Assembly: GCA_039815375.1 (NCBI GenBank)
Contig: JBCBZJ010000023.1
Location: 1 to 45,375, forward strand
From: Verrucomicrobiota bacterium
GTDB lineage: Bacteria; Verrucomicrobiota; Verrucomicrobiia; Opitutales; Coraliomargaritaceae
Direction: 5' to 3'
Length of the DNA: 45,375 nucleotides
The position numbers and the translations under genes were made by a program. How positions within the stretch are numbered: position 1 is the first letter of the stretch; each line of letters starts with the position of its first letter. The notes under the pieces are model-generated. The model was not told where the DNA came from and did not search any database. It saw nothing but the letters and a program-made list of their open reading frames with translations. Of this stretch, positions 32,250 through 42,277 are shown one piece after another.

Positions 32250-33584
32250 TTACGCGACGCGCTCAACGATAAGCTCCGGTGGGTTCGGGCGCTTCGGTGC
32301 CAGACGGTAGGCCGTCTTCAGAAACTCGAGCGCTTCCTCCATCTTGGATTCGTCGTTGTAGTGAATCATCATGAGCGGCTCACCCTGCTTGACCTGGGTG
32401 CCCACCTTCTTGATCTCAGATACACCGACCGCCGGATCGTAGCTGCCATTCTTCTTCTGTGCCAGCTTGGCTACGCCTTCGGCGATAAGGCCGGCGTTAA
32501 TGGTATGGACATAGCCACGCTTTGGCGCAGGCAGTTTGCGGACGTGCTTTGCAGTCGGGAATTTCTCAGGATTGTCGATCACGGAGCTGTCGCCACCTTG
32601 CGCTTCGACCATTTCCTTGAACTTCGCAAGTGCGGAACCGTCCTTGAGGTGACGCTGCACCGTTTGCTTTGCGGAGAGTGTTGAACCCGCCACGCCTGCG
32701 AGGCGAACGATTTCCATGCCGAGCTTGAGCACCAATTCTTGCAGGTCCTCAGGACCTTCGCCCTTAAGTAGCTCGATCGCTTCCTTGATTTCGAGTGCGG
32801 TCCCAACGGTGTCGCCAAGAGGCTGGTTCATGTCGGTAACGAGAGCGACACAGCGGCGCTTCATCGAGCGACCGACGCGGGTGATGGAGCGTGCCAGTTG
32901 TTTGGCCTGCTCGACATCCTTGATAAACGAACCGTTGCCCCACTTCACATCAATCACCAGGCCTTCGGCACCTTCGGCGAGCTTGCGGCTCAGAACCGAA
33001 CCGGTGATCAGCGGAAGACTTGGAATAGTACCGGTCTGTAGACGCATCTTATAAAGCATGCTGTCAACCGGAGCGATTTCCTCGTCCTGTTTAATAAAAG
33101 TGCATCCAACCTTCTTGAGCTGGGCAATGAAGCCCTTGAGGTCGAGCTCTGGGTCGAACTTCGGAATAGCCGAAAGCTTATCCAGATTGCTGATGACGTG
33201 CTCTTCGTCCACGCCATTCATAGTTGGCATGACCACACCGCAAGCGGCTGCGAGTGGTGCGAGAACCATGGTAGTTTTGTCGCCAACGCCACCGGTTGAA
33301 TACTTATCAATCTTCGGACGAGAGATCGAAGTTAGGTCGATTACTTCGCCGGAAAGCATCATTTCTTCGGCAAAAACAGCTGTTTCCTGGGCAGACATGC
33401 CTTGGAAATAAACAGCCATTGCGAGTGCAGCCTGTTGGAATTCAGGCATTTCCTCGTCCAGAATGGAATCGACAACAAAACGGATTTCTTCGTCGGAGAA
33501 CTCTCCACCGTCACGCTTCTTTTCAACCAGATAGCTGAAAGACGGCTTGATAAATTTACGCGCACTAATGATCTTTTTTCTCAT
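32250..33584 (-). CDS. Thymidine/pyrimidine-nucleoside phosphorylase-family protein, divergent active site
   Basis: KKRDG, DK(Y)STGGVGDK, LDKL..IP, DVK.GNGSF.K, TDMNQPLG, GTALE..EAI..LKG.G, AQGGD; 444 aa. Confidence 0.85.
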   Translation of the reverse strand: MRKKIISARKFIKPSFSYLVEKKRDGGEFSDEEIRFVVDSILDEEMPEFQQAALAMAVYFQGMSAQETAVFAEEMMLSGEVIDLTSISRPKIDKYSTGGVGDKTTMVLAPLAAACGVVMPTMNGVDEEHVISNLDKLSAIPKFDPELDLKGFIAQLKKVGCTFIKQDEEIAPVDSMLYKMRLQTGTIPSLPLITGSVLSRKLAEGAEGLVIDVKWGNGSFIKDVEQAKQLARSITRVGRSMKRRCVALVTDMNQPLGDTVGTALEIKEAIELLKGEGPEDLQELVLKLGMEIVRLAGVAGSTLSAKQTVQRHLKDGSALAKFKEMVEAQGGDSSVIDNPEKFPTAKHVRKLPAPKRGYVHTINAGLIAEGVAKLAQKKNGSYDPAVGVSEIKKVGTQVKQGEPLMMIHYNDESKMEEALEFLKTAYRLAPKRPNPPELIVERVA

Positions 33585-33847
33585 TGAATGAGTTTATTTC
33601 TTTTGTATTACGGACCGTCCGAGACGGCATAAACCTTTATGCACAAGGGACTTTTGGCTCTTTGTCGAGCTTAAAATTGATTGTATTTGTAGATTAAGTG
33701 GCACCGCTAACGGCAAAGGGCAAATCAGAGCCACTTATCCGACGTATGATCCGATTTACCTTGGATAATCCAAATCGACGGAAAATTCAAGTGCAGGGCC
33801 TCTTTGTTCGGGCTTGACGCCGGGATTTCTGATTTTTCCTTGGGCCA

Positions 33848-35626
33848 ATGCAGGTCTGGTTTAATCCATCACAAGGAATCGACAATATATTGCGCGCGAT
33901 AGCGGCTGAGCTGGATGGCTTTGGACCCGATTTCGAGCCCGGCATCAAGCCTGCCGACCCTAAGTTTGGGGATTTCCAAGCCAATGGAGTGCTCGGCCAC
34001 GCCAAGAAAAACAAGATAAATCCCAGAAAGCTGGGACAGAAGCTGATTGATGCCGCCGAGGCTTCAGGCAAATTCGATCCGGCTCTGGTTCAGCTTTCAC
34101 TCGCTGGACCAGGTTTCATTAACTTCAAATTCACCCCGGCCTTCCTCTGGCAGTGGCTACAACAATTCTCCACCAGCACCGACTACCAGTCCGGAGCTCG
34201 GGGGCTCAGGGAGGGCCGTAGGGTAGTTATTGATTACCCGAGTGCCAACACAGCTAAGCAGGCTCATATTGGCCACCTTCGCCCGATGGTCATTGGTGAA
34301 GCCATCGCACGCCTATTCGATTTCTGTGGCGCCGAAACAATCCGTGACAATCACATCGGCGATTGGGGCACGAACTTCGGCACCCTGATCATGAAGATTA
34401 AACGCGACGGCTTGGACCTCGCCGACCTTGGCGACAACGCACTCGCCACTCTTGACCAACTCTACAAAGACGGCTCCAGACTGGAGACGGAGAACCCCGA
34501 GCTGCGTAACGTATCGCGAAACGAACTTGTCAAACTCCAGGACGGCGATCCGGAGAACACCGAGCTTTGGCAAAAGATCGTCGACATCTCCATGTCCGCC
34601 TTTGACAAACTCTTCAAACAGATGAGCGTCCGCGTCGATATTGCCCTCGGCGAGTCCTTCTATCGCGACAAGGTCGAAAGAATCTACAGCGAGCTGACTG
34701 AAACCGGTCTCGCCGAAGAGAGCGAGGGCGCACTCGTCGTCTGGCACGACGAAGTAAAGAAATTCGCTCGCGACAACGAACGCCCCTACCCTTTCAATAT
34801 TAGAAAGAAAGACGGTGCATCCAACTACGCATCGACCGACCTTGCGACTATTCTCTACCGCGTCGAGGAGTTCAAGGCAGACGAAGTCGTTTACCTGACC
34901 GATGCCCGGCAGCAGGACCACTTTCAGCAACTTTTCCTCACCACAGAGAAATGGTTTAAAGCCAAAGACTATCCACTCCCTGAAATGAGTCATGTTTGGT
35001 GGGGCACCATTCTTGGTGAAGACAAAAAACCTTTCAAAACCAAGTCCGGTGAATCGATCAAACTGCAGGAGCTCCTCGACGAGGCTCGCGAGCGCGCCTT
35101 CACTGTGGTCACTGAGAAGAATGGCAATCTACCCGAAGATGAACGTCGTGAGATCGCAAACGCCGTCGGTGTTGGCGCTCTCAAATATGCCGACCTATCC
35201 AGTAACCGCACGCAGGACTACGTCTTCAACTGGGATCGCATGCTCAGCTTCGAGGGCAATACCGCACCCTATCTCCTCTATGCCGTTGCCCGGATCAACA
35301 GCATCTTCCGTAAGGCCGAACTCGATCCGGACGAGCCAATCGAAGGTGCCAGCGCACTCGAAACTAAAGCCGAGCTCACGCTTGCCCGAAAGCTGATGGG
35401 GCTGGTTAACGCACTCGAGCTGACTCTCAACGACCTACGCCCGCACTTTCTCTGTACCTATCTCTACGAGTTAGCCGGTGCCTACAGCTCATTTTATAAT
35501 GCCGACAAGGTTATGGTCGACGAAACAGACATTCGTGCCCGGCGTCTACTCCTCTGCGCCCGCACCCGCACAGTCCTGAAGACCGGCCTGGAACTGCTCG
35601 GCATCACCCCGCTGGAGCGAATGTAG
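33848..35626 (+). CDS. argS: Arginine-tRNA ligase
   Basis: FGDFQ.N, AGPGFINF, HIGH, NHIGDWGT.FG, GESFY, YASTDLA, KYADLS, GNTAPYLLYA, GLELLGI...ERM. Confidence 0.97.
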   Translation: MQVWFNPSQGIDNILRAIAAELDGFGPDFEPGIKPADPKFGDFQANGVLGHAKKNKINPRKLGQKLIDAAEASGKFDPALVQLSLAGPGFINFKFTPAFLWQWLQQFSTSTDYQSGARGLREGRRVVIDYPSANTAKQAHIGHLRPMVIGEAIARLFDFCGAETIRDNHIGDWGTNFGTLIMKIKRDGLDLADLGDNALATLDQLYKDGSRLETENPELRNVSRNELVKLQDGDPENTELWQKIVDISMSAFDKLFKQMSVRVDIALGESFYRDKVERIYSELTETGLAEESEGALVVWHDEVKKFARDNERPYPFNIRKKDGASNYASTDLATILYRVEEFKADEVVYLTDARQQDHFQQLFLTTEKWFKAKDYPLPEMSHVWWGTILGEDKKPFKTKSGESIKLQELLDEARERAFTVVTEKNGNLPEDERREIANAVGVGALKYADLSSNRTQDYVFNWDRMLSFEGNTAPYLLYAVARINSIFRKAELDPDEPIEGASALETKAELTLARKLMGLVNALELTLNDLRPHFLCTYLYELAGAYSSFYNADKVMVDETDIRARRLLLCARTRTVLKTGLELLGITPLERM

Positions 35627-36017
35627 TTCAACCGGGATTATATAAGTGTGCTCCGCAACCGAAGAGCCAAGAAGCGTATCATCCTACGTAACTGCAGCTC
35701 TGACGGGCAGCGATGTGCGCTTCTCGCCTAAGTTCCGAGCGAAGGGACAAGACCGGTCCGGCCGCCGCCGGAACCGGAACGATTCGAAAACACCATTTTG
35801 GTGAACACACTCCTAATCCTTTGCATTAGGAATATGGCTTACAAAAAAGCAATGACATCACTCGATATCATCTTTTTGAAGTTCGTTCGCATCGTTTCGG
35901 TTCAAAGCAATCAGACTTCGTAGACTTGAGTGATCTGATTTTGAAGCACGATCATAGACATACTTCAGGTGCATACCGCTGCTTCGGAATCGTAACCACT
36001 CTGGGGCGAAGAAAAGC

Positions 36018-37064
36018 CTAAAGCAAAGCAGGCTGGTTCTGGCTCATGCAGTGAAGGGCTCCGCCTTCCTTAATAATATCAGTGCAGTCGAAACCAACGA
36101 CTTCACGATCTGGAAAACAGTCCTGGAGGATCTCAATTGCCTCACCATCACGTTCCGGTTGCCGATAGGTCGGCACAAGCAAGGCCCCATTTAGAACCAG
36201 GTAGTTAAGATAACTTGCTGCCAGTCGCGTCCCCTCATGCCGCACCGGTTCCGGTAGCGGCAGTTTCACGGTGACGAAAGGTTCGCCCTCCATCGTGCGA
36301 AATTCCCGCAGGCGTCTCTTGTTCTCCTGCAAGTTATCAAAGTTGGGGTTCCCGCGATCTGTTGTATCCGCAATCAGGATACCATTAGACCTAAAGAAAC
36401 GCGCCAGATTGTCCACATGGCCGTCCGTATCATCTCCGACAAGTCCATCTTTCAGCCAAAGGACTTCATCGGCTCCCAGACCAGACCTAAGCTCGCGAGA
36501 AACTTCATTTCGTAATAACTCCCCGTTACGGTTCGGGTTCAGTAGAACTGCCTCGGTTGTCAGAATCTTTCCTGCACCGTCGGATTCGATAGCACCACCC
36601 TCGAGAACTGCATCAAAGCTGAAGCGTCGAATTCCAAGCTGTTCAGCAATCCAAGCTGTCGCGGAGTCATCCTTCTCCTGCTCCGGATATTTGTTTCCCC
36701 ATGCATTGTAGCGCCAATCCGCAATCCCGAGCTGACTACTGTCTTTATGGAGCAAGAAGAGCGGGCCGAAGTCTCGAATCCAAACGTCGTCTGTTTCGTA
36801 ATCGAAAAGCTCGATGCTCACAGTATCGCTGGCCTCGTTTACGAGAGAAAGGAAATGCTCCTGATGCGAAGCAGGACAAAGTAAACGGACCTTCTGGTAT
36901 TTTGCCGCCAACAGATAGAGGTCAACGAGTTGGCGACGAACAATCTCCAGACATTCTGGCCACAGATCGTCCCGCACCGGCCATGCGAACCAGACCGCCT
37001 CCTGAAGCTCCCACTCAGCCGGGAAACGGTAGCCGAGCTCTTTCGGTGTCCTCGTTTGAGTCAT
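36018..37064 (-). CDS. aguA: Agmatine deiminase family (PPAD-like)
   Basis: PAEWE, WIRDFGP, NAWG.K, LEGGAI, DTDGHVD, ASYLN, GGALHC.SQNQP. Start placed at ATG 37064. Confidence 0.9.
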   Translation of the reverse strand: MTQTRTPKELGYRFPAEWELQEAVWFAWPVRDDLWPECLEIVRRQLVDLYLLAAKYQKVRLLCPASHQEHFLSLVNEASDTVSIELFDYETDDVWIRDFGPLFLLHKDSSQLGIADWRYNAWGNKYPEQEKDDSATAWIAEQLGIRRFSFDAVLEGGAIESDGAGKILTTEAVLLNPNRNGELLRNEVSRELRSGLGADEVLWLKDGLVGDDTDGHVDNLARFFRSNGILIADTTDRGNPNFDNLQENKRRLREFRTMEGEPFVTVKLPLPEPVRHEGTRLAASYLNYLVLNGALLVPTYRQPERDGEAIEILQDCFPDREVVGFDCTDIIKEGGALHCMSQNQPALL

Positions 37065-37086
37065 GGAATAACGAAGTAAACGGCGA

Positions 37087-37959
37087 TCAGCCCTCGTCAA
37101 TCATGCGCCGGGTCAGTCCATCGAAACTGTCTATACGGCGGTCTCGAAAGAAGGGCCAAATACGGCGTGTCTTTTCAAGTGCATCGAGGTCGCAGTCCAC
37201 AAGCAGAATTTCATCGTCGGTCACAGAGGAACGAGCAACGATCCGCCCGTAGAAGTCGGCCACAAAAGACTGCCCCCAGAACTCAGTCTCGCCCTCTGTC
37301 CCGGTGCGGTTGACTGCTGCGACATAGCAACCATTGGCCACAGCATGCCCACGCTGCACAGTTTCCCATGCTGTATGCTGTGCTGCCCCAAACTCGTCCT
37401 TCTCTTCCGGCAACCAGCCAATAGCAGTCGGATAAAAGAGAATTTCTGCTCCGGCCAGTGCCGCAAGCCTTGCTGCTTCAGGATACCATTGGTCCCAACA
37501 GATCAGCACAGCAATCTTACCGAAACGAGTGTCCCAGACCCTGTAGCCGAGGTCGCCCGGACTGAAATAGAACTTCTCCTCAAAGCCCGGATCCTGCGGA
37601 ATGTGCATCTTTCGGTATTTCCCAAGGTAAGTCCCATCTGCGTCGACCACTGCAGCAGTATTGTGGTAAACACCAGAAGAACGGCGCTCAAAGAGCGATG
37701 CGATGATGACCACGCCAAGCTCTGCTGCCAAAACGGACATGGCATCGGTGGTCGGTCCGGGCACAGGCTCGGCAAGGTCGAATAGCGCGACATCTTGCTC
37801 CCGGCAAAAATACGGCAAACTAAACAACTCTTGTGTGCAGATGATCTGTGCACCCTCAGCAGCTGCCTCACGAATCTGCTCCGACGTTTGGGCCAGATTA
37901 GCCTCAGGCGAACCGCAATCGTGCCCTTGCAATAGGGCGATGCGGACACACCCGGGCAT
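37087..37959 (-). CDS. aguB: N-carbamoylputrescine amidase (carbon-nitrogen hydrolase)
   Basis: Catalytic triad motifs QELF, YRKMHIP, ICWDQW.PE; EKFYF.PGD; FFRDRR; adjacent to aguA. Confidence 0.88.
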   Translation of the reverse strand: MPGCVRIALLQGHDCGSPEANLAQTSEQIREAAAEGAQIICTQELFSLPYFCREQDVALFDLAEPVPGPTTDAMSVLAAELGVVIIASLFERRSSGVYHNTAAVVDADGTYLGKYRKMHIPQDPGFEEKFYFSPGDLGYRVWDTRFGKIAVLICWDQWYPEAARLAALAGAEILFYPTAIGWLPEEKDEFGAAQHTAWETVQRGHAVANGCYVAAVNRTGTEGETEFWGQSFVADFYGRIVARSSVTDDEILLVDCDLDALEKTRRIWPFFRDRRIDSFDGLTRRMIDEG

Positions 37960-38840
37960 TAGAAGACGACCTTGTTGAGTGGATACTCAACAATTCCCTC
38001 GGCACCACGGACCTTGAGCTCGGGAATGATCTCACGAACGACCTTCTCGTCGAGGATGGTATCGAGTGCGACCCAGTTCTCGTCGGCGAGACGATTGATA
38101 GTCGGATTTCGCAAAGCAGGAAGGTCTTCAATAATCGAATCGAGTTTGGACTTTTCGATGTTAAGCTTGAGACCGACTTTGCTGTTCGCTTCGAGGGCAG
38201 CTTGCAACAACATGGCAATACTCTCGATCTTTCGGCGCTTTCTTCGATCGTTCCACGACTCCTTATTGGCGATTAAAACTGTGTTGGTGTAAAGCAGCGT
38301 ATCGACGATACGGAGTTTGTTGGCACGAAGAGAATTTCCTGTCTCCGTCAAATCGACGATGGCATCGACAAGGTCAGGGACTTTCACCTCAGTCGCACCC
38401 CAGGAGAATTCGACCTCGGCGTTCACACTGTTAGCGAGCAGGAACTGCTGGGTAATATTAACTACCTCGGTTGCAATACGTTTACCTTCGAGGTCTTTCA
38501 CCGTCTTGATTGGAGAGGCTTCAGGGACGGCGATGATCCACTTAGACCTACGGTTGGAGGCACGGCTGTAAACGAGGTCACAAACCTCAACAACATCAGA
38601 GCCATTCTCTTTTACCCAATCCTGGCCGGTCAGGCCACAATCAAAATACCCATGTTCCACGTAGCGGCTCACTTCTTGCGCGCGCACAAAGCGGCCGTCC
38701 AGTAAGTCATCGTCAATCGATGGGCGATAGGAACGGGAGCTCACTGAAATGTTGAAGCCCGCCTTACCAAAAAGACTTATTGTCGCGTCTTGCAGACTCC
38801 CCTTAGGAAGGCCAAGCATGAGTAATGGTGCGTTTTCCAT
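37959..38840 (-). CDS. hisG: ATP phosphoribosyltransferase (long form)
   Basis: [37 protein letters not shown]-terminal regulatory domain (P.LRNPTI, GAEGI). Confidence 0.94.
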   Translation of the reverse strand: MENAPLLMLGLPKGSLQDATISLFGKAGFNISVSSRSYRPSIDDDLLDGRFVRAQEVSRYVEHGYFDCGLTGQDWVKENGSDVVEVCDLVYSRASNRRSKWIIAVPEASPIKTVKDLEGKRIATEVVNITQQFLLANSVNAEVEFSWGATEVKVPDLVDAIVDLTETGNSLRANKLRIVDTLLYTNTVLIANKESWNDRRKRRKIESIAMLLQAALEANSKVGLKLNIEKSKLDSIIEDLPALRNPTINRLADENWVALDTILDEKVVREIIPELKVRGAEGIVEYPLNKVVF

Positions 38841-38971
38841 AAGGCGCTAGAACCTGTAATAGACGAGTGAAGGGACAAGAATAAATTTACTATACCCGAT
38901 TCAGTTCCGATGAAATAAGTATTTGTAAAGGAATCATTAAGGGTTATTCTTACTACAAATTACTACCTAAG

Positions 38972-39448
38972 ATGCAAATACCCCAACCACTAAAATCTGG
39001 AAGTAAAGCCCCTAATCTTACATTTAAAGAATATGGGAAGGAGATGCACACGGAACAAATCAAGAGCCCGTATCTCGTTTACTTCTACCCCAAAGACGAC
39101 ACACCAGGATGCACCAAGCAAGCCTGCGGCATTCGCGACAATTGGAGTAAATTCAAGTCAGCTGGTCTTCGCGTAATCGGAATTAGCAAAGACAGTGAAG
39201 AATCCCACGAGAAATTCCGCCGAAAGTTCGCCCTTCCCTTCTCTCTTATTGCCGATACAGATCTAAGACTTGCACAGGCCTTCGGCGTTTTTGGCAAGAA
39301 ACAGTTCATGGGAAAGACCTATAATGCAGTCCACCGAATGTCCTTTCTTGTTGATGCCGAAGGAACAATTATAAAGACCTATCTGAAAGTAAAATCCGGA
39401 GAGCATGCGGAGACGGTGCTTAAGGATTTCGTGCAACTCAAAAGCTAA
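38972..39448 (+). CDS. bcp: Peroxiredoxin, BCP/PrxQ type
   Basis: YFYPKDDTPGCTKQAC, GIS.D, R.SFL.D..G.I. Confidence 0.92.
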   Translation: MQIPQPLKSGSKAPNLTFKEYGKEMHTEQIKSPYLVYFYPKDDTPGCTKQACGIRDNWSKFKSAGLRVIGISKDSEESHEKFRRKFALPFSLIADTDLRLAQAFGVFGKKQFMGKTYNAVHRMSFLVDAEGTIIKTYLKVKSGEHAETVLKDFVQLKS

Positions 39449-39449
39449 G

Positions 39450-40187
39450 ATGGACCAATCACCTAAACCACTGATCGTGGTCGCTGAAGACGAGAAGGAT
39501 TTGGCGACGCTTATCGCAACCCAACTTGAAATCGCCGGAATGCAGAGCCAAGTCTGCCATGAGGCAGGCCATGTCGAGCGCTTTTTAAAGAGCAACTTTG
39601 CCAACCTCTTACTTCTTGATGTGCACCTTCCTGACGAATCCGGCTTTACACTGATGGACGAGCTCAGGAAGGGCGGCAATTCGACGCCGGTTATTTTCCT
39701 GACCGGCGAAAATGCAGAGTTCCAGAAGGTCAAAGCTTTCGAGATGGGTGGCGATGACTACATCACCAAGCCTTTCGGCTTTCCAGAGCTGATCGCACGC
39801 ATCAAAGCGGTACTGCGCCGGGCAGAAACTGCTCATGACAGTAACGTTACTGAAAATGCCGCGATCACAGACAAAGCCTTTGATTTCTGCGGAGCCCAGG
39901 TGAACCCGCAACGCCTTGAAGTCACTTTCCCTGATGGTGATGTTGAGAGTGTCGGACGCAAAGAGCTGGGCATCTTCGCTTATCTTGCAGAGCATCCAAA
40001 CTCAGTGCTGACACGGAAAAACCTAATTCATTCCGTCTGGGGCATCCATGCAGATGTTAGAAGTCGTTCGCTCGATCAATACATTGTAAAGATCAGAGAC
40101 CTGTATAAACGCCACGGCCTCAATCTGGACGCATTCCGAACCGTGCACGGCGTCGGCTATATCTACGACGTCAAGGTGCCGGAATAG
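39450..40187 (+). CDS. OmpR/PhoB-family response regulator
   Basis: VAEDE, LLDVHLPD, GGDDYITKPF, ELIARIKAVLRR, winged helix ending 'TVHGVGY'. Confidence 0.92.
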   Translation: MDQSPKPLIVVAEDEKDLATLIATQLEIAGMQSQVCHEAGHVERFLKSNFANLLLLDVHLPDESGFTLMDELRKGGNSTPVIFLTGENAEFQKVKAFEMGGDDYITKPFGFPELIARIKAVLRRAETAHDSNVTENAAITDKAFDFCGAQVNPQRLEVTFPDGDVESVGRKELGIFAYLAEHPNSVLTRKNLIHSVWGIHADVRSRSLDQYIVKIRDLYKRHGLNLDAFRTVHGVGYIYDVKVPE

Positions 40188-40248
40188 GTTCAGCTCGACT
40201 GGATCTCACCGTTCTAGGAGTATTTTCCTCAGCCATACGCCGAGATGA

Positions 40249-40629
40249 TTATTCCCATATCTCGTTGATTAGTGCGTTCAACGCTTCGGCAATCTCTTCC
40301 TTCCGCAGGTCTTTTCGAATGTAGCGAGAAGCACCAAGCTCAACACTCGTTTCAACGGCCTGACGTGAGGCGACTGAAGTTGTCATCACGACCACTGCAT
40401 CTTCATCGAATTCCATAATCTCCTTCAGTGCTTCCATGCCCTCTTTAACAGGCATATTCACGTCCATTAGAACAAGGTCGGGCTTGAGTTCCTTGTAGTT
40501 ATCGATGCCTTCCTGCCCGTTAGCAGCTTCGTGAAAAACGGTAAAACCGATCTGCTTGAGGATCAGCTTAAGGTATGTGCGCAGATGCGCTTCATCATCA
40601 ACAATCAAGACAGTGTCTGGTCGACTCAT
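40249..40629 (-). CDS. Single-domain CheY-like response regulator
   Basis: VLIVDDE, EAANG, PDLVLMDVNMP, GA..YI.K. Start placed at ATG 40629. Confidence 0.88.
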   Translation of the reverse strand: MSRPDTVLIVDDEAHLRTYLKLILKQIGFTVFHEAANGQEGIDNYKELKPDLVLMDVNMPVKEGMEALKEIMEFDEDAVVVMTTSVASRQAVETSVELGASRYIRKDLRKEEIAEALNALINEIWE

Positions 40630-40741
40630 AGTGGGGATATCTTCCGTTTGCAGGTATGACTGTCGAGAAGAATTACCAGTTGATCTTTGTGTGGCTTGAC
40701 CTAACTCAATCAAGCCTCAGCCTCGAAAATCAGCTACTCTC

Positions 40742-42262
40742 GTGTTTGCCAATTTCAGCCTTATTGATGCCGCCATCGTCCTGCTTTATTTTGGAGTGGT
40801 CATAGCGATTGGGCTCGTTCAATCGAGACGAAACAAGAACACTGCTGAATTCATTTCCGGTAACCGTGAAATGCCGTGGCCCGCTGTTTTAGGTTCAATT
40901 GTGGCAACGGAAGTTAGCGCTGCAACGTTTCTGGCTACGCCTGGCGTAGGCTACGCAGAAAATATGAACTACCTACAGTTTGGCATCGGCTCCTTTCTGG
41001 CCCGTATCATGATCGCATTCGTTTTTGTTGGTGCCTTCTACGCGGTCAACAGCCTAACAATCTATGATTTTCTAGCCAAGCGCTTCGGCAACTCTACACG
41101 TTACACAGCCACTCTGTTTTTTATTGTCACACGTTTACTGGCTTCCGCAGTGCGTCTAATGATTGCGGCGACCGGACTAAGCTTGATCCTCGATCTGCCC
41201 TTTTGGGCCTGTCTCGGAATATTCACTTTGATCGCGATTCTCTATACAGGAGGTGGTGGCATACGCGGGATCATCTGGACCGATGTGCTGCAGGCGGTGG
41301 TCTTTATCAGTTGTGGCTTGTTGCTTGTTGCCTATATCACAAATGCGATCGGCTGGAGCACGATTCTGGAGATCGGAGCTGAAAATGGTCGTTTCGAGAT
41401 TTTCCGCATGGAACCTGAAAGCAGCCAAGGCTGGGCCTGGTTGAACGATTCAAAGTTCTTTCTCATTGCTGCGATCTTTGGTTTCGTCAGCACAGCTGCT
41501 GCATTTGGCACAGATCAGGATATGACGCAACGTATGTTGACCTGCAAGGATGTGCGCTCAGCCCGTCGAAGCGTCATACTAAGTGGATTTATTTCCATAC
41601 CCATTGCCGCCCTCTTCCTTTTTATTGGCGTTGCACTCTTCGCCTTCTATCAAGTGCATGGCACCAGCGGCCTGCCCTCCAAGGAACTCGCAGATGGAAG
41701 CATAGAAGTTCTTTCGGATAAGGTCTTTCCCACTTTCATAGCCAGCGAGCTGCCCTCAGGACTTCGCGGTCTCCTACTAGTCGGTGTTCTGGCTGCAGCC
41801 ATGTCGAGTCTGGATTCCACGATGGGTGCGTTAAGCTCATCAGCTCTGGTTGATCTCTATCGTCCCATTATGAGACGAGAAATGGACGAGCGCAAAAGCC
41901 TTGCTCTATCGCGAATCTTTGTGGCTGTTTTCGGTCTTATCCTTGCATTAGTTGCCTATGCATTGAAGGACGCCGAGGGGTTTCTCTGGCTCACCTTTCA
42001 AATAGCAAGCGTCACCTACGGAGCTCTACTCGGGATCTTTCTACTGGGGATCCTGACGAAACGCGGATGCGATCGTGGCAACTTGATCGCAATGCTGAGT
42101 GCTGCTCTGATCTGTGCTAGCCTGCTCGCGATGATCAAGACGGGGTTGATTCAGCTTGGATGGACGTGGTTGATTCTGATCGGCACTGGATGGACTATAC
42201 TGATCGGCGCACTCTGGCATGAAAAAGCCCCGGGACCGGAAGTCCACGGGGCTGAAAAATAG
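40742..42262 (+). CDS. Sodium:solute symporter (SSS family)
   Basis: SIVATEVSAATF...PG, Y...GG.RG.IWTD.LQ, GTDQD..QR.L, LAAAMSSLDS; many TM segments; GTG start. Confidence 0.92.
   Translation: MFANFSLIDAAIVLLYFGVVIAIGLVQSRRNKNTAEFISGNREMPWPAVLGSIVATEVSAATFLATPGVGYAENMNYLQFGIGSFLARIMIAFVFVGAFYAVNSLTIYDFLAKRFGNSTRYTATLFFIVTRLLASAVRLMIAATGLSLILDLPFWACLGIFTLIAILYTGGGGIRGIIWTDVLQAVVFISCGLLLVAYITNAIGWSTILEIGAENGRFEIFRMEPESSQGWAWLNDSKFFLIAAIFGFVSTAAAFGTDQDMTQRMLTCKDVRSARRSVILSGFISIPIAALFLFIGVALFAFYQVHGTSGLPSKELADGSIEVLSDKVFPTFIASELPSGLRGLLLVGVLAAAMSSLDSTMGALSSSALVDLYRPIMRREMDERKSLALSRIFVAVFGLILALVAYALKDAEGFLWLTFQIASVTYGALLGIFLLGILTKRGCDRGNLIAMLSAALICASLLAMIKTGLIQLGWTWLILIGTGWTILIGALWHEKAPGPEVHGAEK
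42222..42253 (-). terminator. Terminator for the Cys-rich gene, embedded in the last codons of the SSS gene
   Basis: Minus strand reads AGCCCCGTGGAC-TTCCG-GTCCCGGGGC-TTTTT, 25 nt after the stop at 42278. Confidence 0.75.
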
Positions 42263-42277
42263 GTGTCGTTACAGACT

